In this document: positions 28,817 to 36,742 of the stretch, in pieces
Layout: each line of letters begins with the position of its first letter
Numbering within the stretch: position 1 is the stretch's first letter
Source of the DNA: an uncultured Deinococcales bacterium
GTDB lineage: Bacteria > Deinococcota > Deinococci > Deinococcales > JAAFIG01
Length of the DNA: 36,742 bases
Direction of reading: 5' to 3'
Assembly: GCA_964247135.1 (NCBI GenBank)
Contig: CAXTTL010000010.1
Location: 1 to 36,742, forward strand
Made by a program: the position numbers and the translations under genes
The notes under the pieces: model-generated
Seen by the model: only the letters and a program-made list of their open reading frames with translations
The model's database searches: none
Told to the model about the DNA's origin: nothing

Positions 28817-29728
28817 CTATTTGCGGTACTTGTTGGCTTCGCGCACAATGTCGTAATCGCTGTCTTTGGCGACGGTCAGGGCGTTGATGCGGTACAAATC
28901 TTGCAGCATTTTCTTGGTGGTAGGGTTGCTCTTCATGCCGATCAACGCGCCAACCACTTTCACCACCGTGCTGCGGCAAGCGGTGTTGTAACCCGTCCGA
29001 ACGGACACGGTGTCGCCAGGAATTGGCTTGGAATACTTCAGAACGCGAATTTTGGCTTGCTGTTCTTTGTCGGTGATAAATTGCGTCCAAGCCCCGCTCG
29101 TGCCTTTGGTGTTGTTGGCAAAGGTTGCACCAACGTCAACACTGCCATTCAAGACCGAAAGCACCACCGCGTCGTGACCGCCAGCAAAAACTTCCTTGCC
29201 AAAGAATTTGTTGGGGTCAAAACCGTTCAGCGCCAGCGTGGCTCGAGGGAACAAGAATCCAGCCGCCGAGTTCGGGTCAACCCAAGCCACGGTGGCGCCC
29301 TGCAAATCCCCAAGGGTTTTGAACCTCGAGTCGGTGCGTACAATAAAGGCTGACCAGTAAAACGGACCCGCCTCACGAACGCTTTTCAAAAGAACATCGG
29401 CAATGCCGGCGGCTTTGGCGTCCACGTAACCGCTCGGGTTGAGCCAGGCGAAATCGAGTTGACCGCTGCGGGTCGCTTCGATCAAGCCACGGTAATCCTG
29501 GGCGACGCTGGCACGAAATTCGACGCCACGGACTTTGCTTTCCAAATAATCCGTGATCGGTTTGGCGCTCGCCAACACTTTGGTCGCGTCTTGGGCTGGG
29601 TTAAAACCCATGCGCACCAAACGGCACGATTCCGCATTTTGTGCGATCACGCCAGCACTTTGACTCGAGATGGTTGCAATGATTGCGGCGGTGATTGCCC
29701 CTGCGATAGCGAAAACTCGTTTTTTCAT
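28817..29728 (-). CDS. phnD: Phosphate/phosphite/phosphonate ABC substrate-binding protein
   Basis: Signal peptide, DYRGLIEA, DPNSAAGFLFP, GGHDAVVLSVLNGSVD and DSDYDIVR. Confidence 0.9.
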   Translation of the reverse strand: MKKRVFAIAGAITAAIIATISSQSAGVIAQNAESCRLVRMGFNPAQDATKVLASAKPITDYLESKVRGVEFRASVAQDYRGLIEATRSGQLDFAWLNPSGYVDAKAAGIADVLLKSVREAGPFYWSAFIVRTDSRFKTLGDLQGATVAWVDPNSAAGFLFPRATLALNGFDPNKFFGKEVFAGGHDAVVLSVLNGSVDVGATFANNTKGTSGAWTQFITDKEQQAKIRVLKYSKPIPGDTVSVRTGYNTACRSTVVKVVGALIGMKSNPTTKKMLQDLYRINALTVAKDSDYDIVREANKYRK

Positions 29729-29782
29729 ACACGCCCCCTAAAAATTCTCTCGAGCAGCAGTCTCGAGCCGTTTTGTCAGCTC

Positions 29783-29811
29783 AGTATATTTTACTTGCGT
29801 TCAATTGTCAG
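29783..29811 (-). promoter_or_regulatory. Candidate promoter of phnDCE
   Basis: Minus strand CTGACA-N17-TATACT. AGCTGACAA occurs twice, 32 bp apart. Confidence 0.55.
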
Positions 29812-30011
29812 CTTTTTGCGGCAAGGCTTTTAACTTGAACGTTGCTTCTGAAACCTTATCAATCTGGTTTTATAACACCGTTTGAATACCATAAACCTGG
29901 CATCCAGCCGTCATGCCATGCAAAACCCTGACATCCTCGAGTGACAAAAAACCCCTGACGAGATCGAGCACTTGAATCTCGAGCATCGGGGGTCTGCATT
30001 TGGTTCTAAAT

Positions 30012-30806
30012 TTATTTGACAGCATAATAAAAATCTATTGTTGGATTGGCTTTTTTATATTCTAAATCTTTAGTAAAAATAAATTGCTTACTTTCAATAA
30101 GTTTTTTAGTGTAACTGTTCGGAGTTAAAAGTAATCCAATTTGCAAATTTCCTTTTTGATACGCCACATCTTCTGGAATCAAACCGCACATATATGAAAG
30201 CCACAACCGCACTGCAATTTTGCTGCCTTCTGAGTGATGAATACTAAAATTGTAAACGATGTTTCTATCAAGAGCTGTTTCGCAATTTTTTTCGTTATGA
30301 TCAGAAAGTTTTTCAATCAGTTCGTCAATTGATTTGGCGGTTGTTTTTTTGTTGTTTAAAAACTTTTGTATTATTTTATCGCTCAGTAAATTACTTACGA
30401 TTTCAGGTTCATTAAAAAAATCAGTAATTTTTGTATTTTTTTTGTTTTTAAAATCATATGAAATTACCCGCACATTACCTACATTTCTTAACGCACAATT
30501 CTTTCCAGGATCATCTCTAGATGTCTCGAGATACTGAATTTGGTCTCCAATGATTGAAAGGGGTTTAAATGATACATAAGAAACACAGCCAATCTGATTA
30601 GGTGCTTTTTCAAGAAGTCTATATTCATCATTTTGAGATTGAGAATATATCTTTCTCGCAGAGAAAAAATTAGATGTATTTTTTCTTAAAACTACATAGT
30701 CAAAACTACTTATTTTTATACTATAATTGTTGACAGTTATTGAGCTTTGATTTAAATCAAAGCTCAATAAAGAAAAAAATAATATGCTTAGGATACTAAT
30801 TTTCAT
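30012..30806 (-). CDS. AT-rich secreted protein, candidate immunity protein
   Basis: Signal-like N-terminus. Starts 30 nt after the muramidase gene and shares its low GC. Confidence 0.7.
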   Translation of the reverse strand: MKISILSILFFSLLSFDLNQSSITVNNYSIKISSFDYVVLRKNTSNFFSARKIYSQSQNDEYRLLEKAPNQIGCVSYVSFKPLSIIGDQIQYLETSRDDPGKNCALRNVGNVRVISYDFKNKKNTKITDFFNEPEIVSNLLSDKIIQKFLNNKKTTAKSIDELIEKLSDHNEKNCETALDRNIVYNFSIHHSEGSKIAVRLWLSYMCGLIPEDVAYQKGNLQIGLLLTPNSYTKKLIESKQFIFTKDLEYKKANPTIDFYYAVK

Positions 30807-30836
30807 AATTACCTTACTTAATCAGATTTTTTACAA

Positions 30837-33800
30837 TTAAAATTTAACTTTTTTAGCAAAAGAATTATAATCATCAATCCAGCCTGAGATTAGATTTCCA
30901 TATTCAGTACGATTATTCCATCCGTTATAATATCCGGCGAATGTAGTATAGTCGTTTGATTTTAGTGCCTCCAATGCTTTTGGCTTTGTGGCACTAATAA
31001 AAGTAAACAGAGAATCAAGTTGTGGTCTTACCCCTGATGACAAGTCGTCATACATATCTTTTGGTGATTTATATCCTTGTTTTTCAAAGTTTTCTCCTAA
31101 AATTTGACCTAAGCCAATGGAAATAGACTTATAAGCGGCATCTTCACTTAAATTAGCCGCGAATTTCAAGACTTTATTTTCCATGTTCTGATCTCCGTGA
31201 AAAGTCACCCATTTGTCTTGTTCAGATTCACGAAAATAATGCCCTGTCCAGGTTTTACCACCCGAATTGAATTTGAAGTGCTTATCAAATATTTTTGGGT
31301 TTGACTTGCCCCAAAAATCATAGAAATGATGGTTTTCAAAACGAATGATCGGTTTTGATGGTTCAGAAAAAGCCTGACCACCAGATTCAACCATCAGAAT
31401 AGCCACAATTGCACTGGAATTGACACCGAGTTGCGTTGAGAGGTCTTTAATGTATTGACCTTTTGAATTTAACAGATTTGCAATCTTTAAATCATTTCCT
31501 TTTAAGCCTTTTGTTGAAATGGGGTTCACCAAACCAAGCGTTGTATCATCACCCTCTGTAACAACAACATTCTCACCTGATGGTTTAATTCGACCTGTGT
31601 TTTCCGCAGAATTAACAGAGAAATCGAGCGTTTTATCTCCACCCGTCCACTTTCCCTCGAGTTTATCGCCCTTCTCCCCAGCAAAAGCACCGTTAAACGT
31701 CTCACCGTTTCCCTCGAGTTTCACCACTTTACTATCAGCATCAATCACGCCTGTTAATGGAATCGGTTTTCCTGCGCCTTGTTTGGTGTAATAATAACTT
31801 CCGTTTAACGTCGTGCCTTCACGCTCGAGGTGCATGTGAATGCCGTACTTGCCATCCAGTTGCCCGTTGAATTCTCGAGTCCATTTTGTGTCGCTCGAGG
31901 CTGTTGCGGGTTGGGTTATTGGTGTTTGTGGGGCTGGAGTTGGTTTGGTTGCCGCTGGTTGTTGCGGGGCTAGAACACTTGGACTTGGTTGCGTTGGTGC
32001 AGTCGGTGTCGGAACAGGGTTCGCTTGCGCAGGTTGACCGAGTGGTGCAATCAAAATCTCGCTCGCAACATGAAACTCGAGCTTGTCATTCCAACGACCC
32101 GTTGCATTCACGCCTTGCGCATCGAATTTCCCAACGAATCTCTCGCCACCGTCTTCGACCAGTTCAAAACTGTGGTTGTCGGTGTTGGTGATCTTGCCGT
32201 GCAGTTGAATGCGTTTTTCGCCTTGGTTCGTGTAAACGTAATACCCAGTCAAACCAGCGTCGGCTTGACGCTCGAGGTGCATTTGAATTGGGTAGGTTCC
32301 AATTTCGCCCATAAAATCTCGAGTCCAGGTTTGAGATTTTTCGGCTTTTTTTCGTTGAATACTTTCGCTCGAGGTTGCTTTTTTAGGCTCGAGCATCGCA
32401 CGTTTACCGCGTAATTTGGTACCTGCGGCAAAATTCTTGCCCTCGAGTTGGGCGGCTGATTCCAAGTTCGAGTCTGGGTCGATGCCAGCACTTACCCTGC
32501 CTTCGCGTTGTTGAATCACATGCGCAATTTCATGTCCGATCAGTTCTTTGTCGCTGGTGCTGGCGTTTTCGCTCAAGACAATGTTTTCGCCGATGGTGGC
32601 GGCATTGGCATTTAAATCTTTGGCAATCCTATGGGCGTTTTCGTCGCTGTGAATTCGGACATTCTCGAGGTTGACGTTAAAATGTTCCTCGAGTTCTTTG
32701 CGTTGCGTACTTTCCAAGGTGTTGCCACCCGTTAAATTCTGAAAATCTGGTTTGCTCGAGACTGTCCCAATCGCGTCCCGTTGTACAGTTTCGTCCTCTG
32801 GAATGGGTTTGAAGTTGATGGCGTCTTCGATCCATTTGCGTTGATGTTCGCTGTGCAATTCCTCGAGCCTGGGTGAAAGGCTGTTGCGGATTTCCGCCAT
32901 GATTTTTGGATCGCGCACCCCGTGGCAGATGGTTTCAAAGGCTTGAACATCGTCGTCGCTGACCCAGCCGTCGAGCAATCGGTTGAGGTGCTCGAGCAAT
33001 TGGTTGGCGCTGTAATTGGGGATGGTTGTTTTGTTGCCGCTCGCAAAATCCCTGGCGTTGGCGTCACCGCCCCAATTGCTGGCGGCATTCTCGAGTTCAA
33101 AACTGGTTTTGCCGATGCTGTGGCGCAAAAATTCGCTGATGCGGGAGTTTTGAAAGGTATCCGAATTGAGGGTGGCTTTGGCTCGGAACGTGTCCTCGCT
33201 GATGCCTGCCACCTTGTCGAATTTCTTGCCATTCTCGAACAAGTCTTTAAAGGCAGGATTTTCTTGCACGGCGTTTGAAACTGGAAACGCGCGGTGTTTG
33301 GAGACTTTTTCGCTGGCTTCTTTGACCACCACGCCGGTGCCAGGTCCAACGATTGCCCCAGCGATCAAACCAATGCCGTAATGTCTCATGCTGGCGCCGC
33401 TCGAGGGGTTCATCTCAAATTTGACCAGTGTACCTGGGGTCAGGGCTTCGCCCGCGCCGCTGACCACATCGCCGGCGACTTGGTAATGCGTGGACAAGAC
33501 CTGTTGATCTGGGTTGGCTTTGTTATGTTTTTTAAGTTGGGCAACATGTTTGGCATCGATTCCAGGGCTTTGAAAGGTAATGATTCGTCCGGTCAGCTCG
33601 GCAAATTCGCTGCCCGCCAGTTGCGCGAGTGCCCCACCGAGGCTGTGACCTGTGAGCCAAACCTTGCCCATTTTGGAGAGTTTTTGCAACTCGAGTTCGA
33701 TGCGGCGGCGGTTGGCGTTAAATTGCTCTAAGCCGACGCTCTGAGGCTCGAGGTCTGCCACCAAGTCTTTGGGTTTGCCAAATTCTGTGCCGCGAAACGC

Positions 33801-34124
33801 CAAGATTGGGTGCGGGTATTCGGGGTTGCTGGGCGTAAACGAACGCATTTCAAAACCGAAAGGTCCGTTCACCATACCACCGTCGCTGTAACCAAATTTT
33901 GCCAGCAAGGCTTGTTGCTGGGTGCTCAGTTTGTCTTCATACCCCATGTCGTGCGCAATCTGTTCGAGCAGCACCTCGTAAGGTGCGGTGCTCGGATTCT
34001 CGAGTTTGCTGGGTTCGGTTGGCGTTTGCGGGTTTGGCGTTTGTTGCCCCGTTTGCAGGGCAGCATTTTTTTTCTCAGGCTCGAGGCTTGGGTTGTACGT
34101 TTGTTGGACGGGTTCGCGCATCAT
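30837..34124 (-). CDS. Multidomain protein: lipase class 3-like + DUF4157 + two beta-rich repeats + N-acetylmuramidase (DUF3380-like)
   Basis: LAFRGTE and TGHSLGGALAQ. VRIHSD..ANAATIG..LIGHEIAHVIQQ. VESGG..IRFENHHF..SIGLGQILGEN..FAGYYNG. GAGGTG RBS favours ATG 34124. Confidence 0.88.
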   Translation of the reverse strand: MMREPVQQTYNPSLEPEKKNAALQTGQQTPNPQTPTEPSKLENPSTAPYEVLLEQIAHDMGYEDKLSTQQQALLAKFGYSDGGMVNGPFGFEMRSFTPSNPEYPHPILAFRGTEFGKPKDLVADLEPQSVGLEQFNANRRRIELELQKLSKMGKVWLTGHSLGGALAQLAGSEFAELTGRIITFQSPGIDAKHVAQLKKHNKANPDQQVLSTHYQVAGDVVSGAGEALTPGTLVKFEMNPSSGASMRHYGIGLIAGAIVGPGTGVVVKEASEKVSKHRAFPVSNAVQENPAFKDLFENGKKFDKVAGISEDTFRAKATLNSDTFQNSRISEFLRHSIGKTSFELENAASNWGGDANARDFASGNKTTIPNYSANQLLEHLNRLLDGWVSDDDVQAFETICHGVRDPKIMAEIRNSLSPRLEELHSEHQRKWIEDAINFKPIPEDETVQRDAIGTVSSKPDFQNLTGGNTLESTQRKELEEHFNVNLENVRIHSDENAHRIAKDLNANAATIGENIVLSENASTSDKELIGHEIAHVIQQREGRVSAGIDPDSNLESAAQLEGKNFAAGTKLRGKRAMLEPKKATSSESIQRKKAEKSQTWTRDFMGEIGTYPIQMHLERQADAGLTGYYVYTNQGEKRIQLHGKITNTDNHSFELVEDGGERFVGKFDAQGVNATGRWNDKLEFHVASEILIAPLGQPAQANPVPTPTAPTQPSPSVLAPQQPAATKPTPAPQTPITQPATASSDTKWTREFNGQLDGKYGIHMHLEREGTTLNGSYYYTKQGAGKPIPLTGVIDADSKVVKLEGNGETFNGAFAGEKGDKLEGKWTGGDKTLDFSVNSAENTGRIKPSGENVVVTEGDDTTLGLVNPISTKGLKGNDLKIANLLNSKGQYIKDLSTQLGVNSSAIVAILMVESGGQAFSEPSKPIIRFENHHFYDFWGKSNPKIFDKHFKFNSGGKTWTGHYFRESEQDKWVTFHGDQNMENKVLKFAANLSEDAAYKSISIGLGQILGENFEKQGYKSPKDMYDDLSSGVRPQLDSLFTFISATKPKALEALKSNDYTTFAGYYNGWNNRTEYGNLISGWIDDYNSFAKKVKF

Positions 34125-34166
34125 GGGTTTCACCTCGAGCGGTGCCAGGGTTTAGATTTTTACGGT

Positions 34167-36742
34167 TTACATGCGGTGACGTTCGTTCGCCAGTCGGCGC
34201 TTCAAAATCGTGTACACCTGTCGTGCCATCGCGTCCAAGTCTGGTGCGGCACGGTTTGGAATGGGTTCTGGTTTGGGTTGCGGGCTGGCAGGCAGTGGTC
34301 CGGCGGCTGGTGGCGGCGTTGGCACGTCCCGTTCTTGCGAGGCGGCTTGTGCGCCCACGGAGGCTGCCATCTGGTTCGTGGGGGCTGTCGGCACAAATGG
34401 GCTTTCACTTGGCGCACTGCTGGCAACATTGCTGGCTCGAGGTGCAGGTCTTGAGGTTGCCTGCGGCGGCATTCGGTCTTCAATAAACCATTGCGGCAAA
34501 TCGGCTGGCGCGGGCAAACCACCGTAGCTCGAACGATTTGTCTCCGTGTTGCTCGAGGTGCTTTGACTGCGAGAATTCTGGTTTGATGTTTGGTTAAAAT
34601 CGTTCCAGCCTTGACGGGCAAGCGCTTCAACGCCGAGCGCCAAACCTTCCTCGTTGCCCGCCTGGGCGCTGGCTGCCAAATTGCTGTTCCCTCGAGCCAC
34701 CGGCGGCACAAAACGCGCCTGTCGGTTGCGGGCGACGTGGGTCAGTTCGTGGGCGATCAAACCGAGCGTTTCAGGACTTTCGAGTGGGTTTTCGCTCGAA
34801 AGTAAAACCGTTTCGCCAACCGTCAACGCATCCGCTCGAGCGGCTTGGGTCAGGCGCTGGGTTTGTGGGTCACGGTAAATTTTTGCCTCGTTTGGGTCAA
34901 TGCCCACAATGGGTTTCAAAAAACGTGTCGCATTTTGACTGAGTTGCACGCGTTCACTGGCACCAAGTTGCAAGCGTTCATTGCCAGTGAATAAAGTGTT
35001 TGCCGTTTGGTCGCTCGGGTTTAGGGGCTTGCGATTTTTCAGGTTTGGCAGGTTGGGTAAAAGTGTTTGATTTATGCTTGGCGTTGAAGCTTCAAGGCTC
35101 GAGTTTATGCTTTCAGGAGTCAAGCTTTGAGCCTGATTTTGCTCTTGAGGCTCGAGGTTTGGTTTGAGTCTGTTTTTCACAACCCGTTGGAACAATTCGT
35201 CGGCTGTTTCGGTGACTTCCATGTCCTCAAAAAGTTTTTGGGCTTCGGTCTTTTGAATTTCAACTTTTGGTTTTGGTGGCAGAACACGCCGATTTGGTGG
35301 ATTAAACACATGGATTTTGCTGCCTTGTGCATCCACAATAACACTTTGCACTGGCACTGATGGTGGACTGGTTTGTGCGGCATTGTTTTGGGTCACATTG
35401 GTGGTTTGCGTTTTTGATTCTAAGGTTTCAAGGCTTCGATCAGCACCAACACTCGAGTTTACGGCGTTAAAGTTCTGTTGGTTTTGTTCGACTCGAGTTT
35501 CTGGGGTTTGTTCACTCCGAGCGTCCGTGTTATTTTGGATCAATGTTTTGTTAAAACTCGGAGTATTGGATTCAATAGCCTGTTTGGTGGGTTCCAGCGT
35601 TTCCTCGCTCAGATTGTCGATTGCCTGCGCGTTTTGCGGTTTGAGGATGGTTTCTTGCACGGGGTTTTGCACCTGAGTCGCGGTCACTATCGGCGGCAAA
35701 CCCTGGGCTTGTCGGATTGCATTGAGAACCTCTTGTTCGGTCATTCCTGGCGCGTCCGCGAAAAGTTTTTCCGCCTCGTTTGGCTCGCGTTTTGGTTTGG
35801 GCATAGGGCTTGGCATGGCGCGTTGGATGCGTCTTTGAGGGTTGTAAACGCTGACGCCTTGGGTGTTGTTCAAAAAACTGGCAGGTACGTTTTGGTTGGG
35901 ATTTGTTAGCGCTTGACTCGAGTTTGAGATTGCAGTTTGACTCGAGTCTGGGGTTTGATTTGGGATTTCTACCAGGTTTGAGTTTTGAATTTCGCTCGGG
36001 TTTTGGTTTGATTGAATTTCAATTGCATTTTCTATCAAGAATTGATTCGAGCGAAGCGTTTGAACTTCGCTCGAATTTGGTGTTTGAACTTCACTGGAGA
36101 ATTGATTCAAATTTTCGGTTTGAGTTTCGCTCAAGTTTGGTGTTTGAAGTTCGCTCAAAGATTGATTCACATTTGAGGTTTGAGTTTCGTTCAAGTTAGG
36201 CAATTGAGATTCATTCGAATTGACTGTTTGAAGACCTCTTGAGGTTTCGGACTGAACCTCGCTCGAGTTTGTTGTTTTAACTTCATTTGAGAATTGATTC
36301 AAATTTTCGACTTGAGTTTCGCTCGAGGTTGACAATCGAGGTTCACTCGGGTTTTCGGCTTGAAGCCCTCTTGGATTTTCGGACTGAACCTGGCTCGGGT
36401 TCTTGGGTGGGATTTCGTTCGAGGTTTGAGACTGAATCTCGCTCGAGTTTGCGGGTTGGGATGTTGTCGAGTTTGTCCGCTGATTCTCCCTCGAGTTTGA
36501 CATCAGACCACCGCTCGAGGGTTCTGTCATGCTTGAAGTGAGAATTGGTTTTTCGGCTTGAATATTGCTTGCCAGTTCCCGAGTTGAATTGTTTTCAATT
36601 GCGACATCCAAATCGGGGGACACAGTCTGGTTCGAGGCACTGGTTTCTGAACTTTGCGTTTCTGAACTTTGCGTTTCTGAACTTTGCGTTTCTGAACTTT
36701 GCGTTTCTGAACTTTGCGTTTTTGGATTCAGATTTTCCAGTC
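34167..36742 (-). CDS. Large low-complexity DUF4157 protein (5' end outside window)
   Basis: Frame open to the window edge. ARADALTVG..LGLIAHELTHV..EEGLA. C-terminal PDLDAMARQVYTILKRRLANERHR. S/N/Q/E/T-rich repeats. Confidence 0.85.
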   Translation of the reverse strand, partial: LENLNPKTQSSETQSSETQSSETQSSETQSSETSASNQTVSPDLDVAIENNSTRELASNIQAEKPILTSSMTEPSSGGLMSNSRENQRTNSTTSQPANSSEIQSQTSNEIPPKNPSQVQSENPRGLQAENPSEPRLSTSSETQVENLNQFSNEVKTTNSSEVQSETSRGLQTVNSNESQLPNLNETQTSNVNQSLSELQTPNLSETQTENLNQFSSEVQTPNSSEVQTLRSNQFLIENAIEIQSNQNPSEIQNSNLVEIPNQTPDSSQTAISNSSQALTNPNQNVPASFLNNTQGVSVYNPQRRIQRAMPSPMPKPKREPNEAEKLFADAPGMTEQEVLNAIRQAQGLPPIVTATQVQNPVQETILKPQNAQAIDNLSEETLEPTKQAIESNTPSFNKTLIQNNTDARSEQTPETRVEQNQQNFNAVNSSVGADRSLETLESKTQTTNVTQNNAAQTSPPSVPVQSVIVDAQGSKIHVFNPPNRRVLPPKPKVEIQKTEAQKLFEDMEVTETADELFQRVVKNRLKPNLEPQEQNQAQSLTPESINSSLEASTPSINQTLLPNLPNLKNRKPLNPSDQTANTLFTGNERLQLGASERVQLSQNATRFLKPIVGIDPNEAKIYRDPQTQRLTQAARADALTVGETVLLSSENPLESPETLGLIAHELTHVARNRQARFVPPVARGNSNLAASAQAGNEEGLALGVEALARQGWNDFNQTSNQNSRSQSTSSNTETNRSSYGGLPAPADLPQWFIEDRMPPQATSRPAPRASNVASSAPSESPFVPTAPTNQMAASVGAQAASQERDVPTPPPAAGPLPASPQPKPEPIPNRAAPDLDAMARQVYTILKRRLANERHRM
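36644..36718. repeat. Five perfect 15-bp tandem repeats, coding (TQSSE)x5
   Basis: TTTCTGAACTTTGCG x5, in frame within the DUF4157 gene. Confidence 0.97.

Noticed and set aside
29773-29813. Pho box upstream of phnD
   Set aside because: The two TTGTCAGCT copies are 32 bp apart, not the 11-bp tandem of a Pho box. Kept only as part of the promoter call.
36644-36718. Possible CRISPR array
   Set aside because: Head-to-tail 15-bp units with no spacers, in frame inside a CDS.

Overview
Bacterial chromosomal window, most likely Deinococcota (Deinococcales-like). This is inferred from the gene set and from many leaderless TANNNT-N6-ATG starts. Core-type genes are uvrA (5'-partial), a Cys/Met PLP enzyme, rbsD-rbsK, two TetR modules, a TPR-GGDEF cyclase, holA and phnDCE. 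They are interleaved with accessory segments: (i) a decaying toxin-antitoxin hotspot at ~4.9-9.0 kb with three VapC/PIN pairs, two broken HigA-type genes and a duplicated fragment; (ii) a ybjQ gene split by an AT-rich insert carrying a SMI1/KNR4 gene; (iii) a BTAD-ATPase-TPR regulator followed by secreted proteins; (iv) two DUF4157 proteins, one a lipase-DUF4157-muramidase fusion with an AT-rich tip and a candidate immunity gene. The most striking signals are extreme over-representation of the palindrome CTCGAG, homology breakpoints that fall on CTCGAG, and a 36-37 nt hairpin insert with compensatory stem changes at the same site in two HigA copies. All family assignments are by eye from motifs; no searches were run. 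No rRNA, tRNA or CRISPR array was seen.
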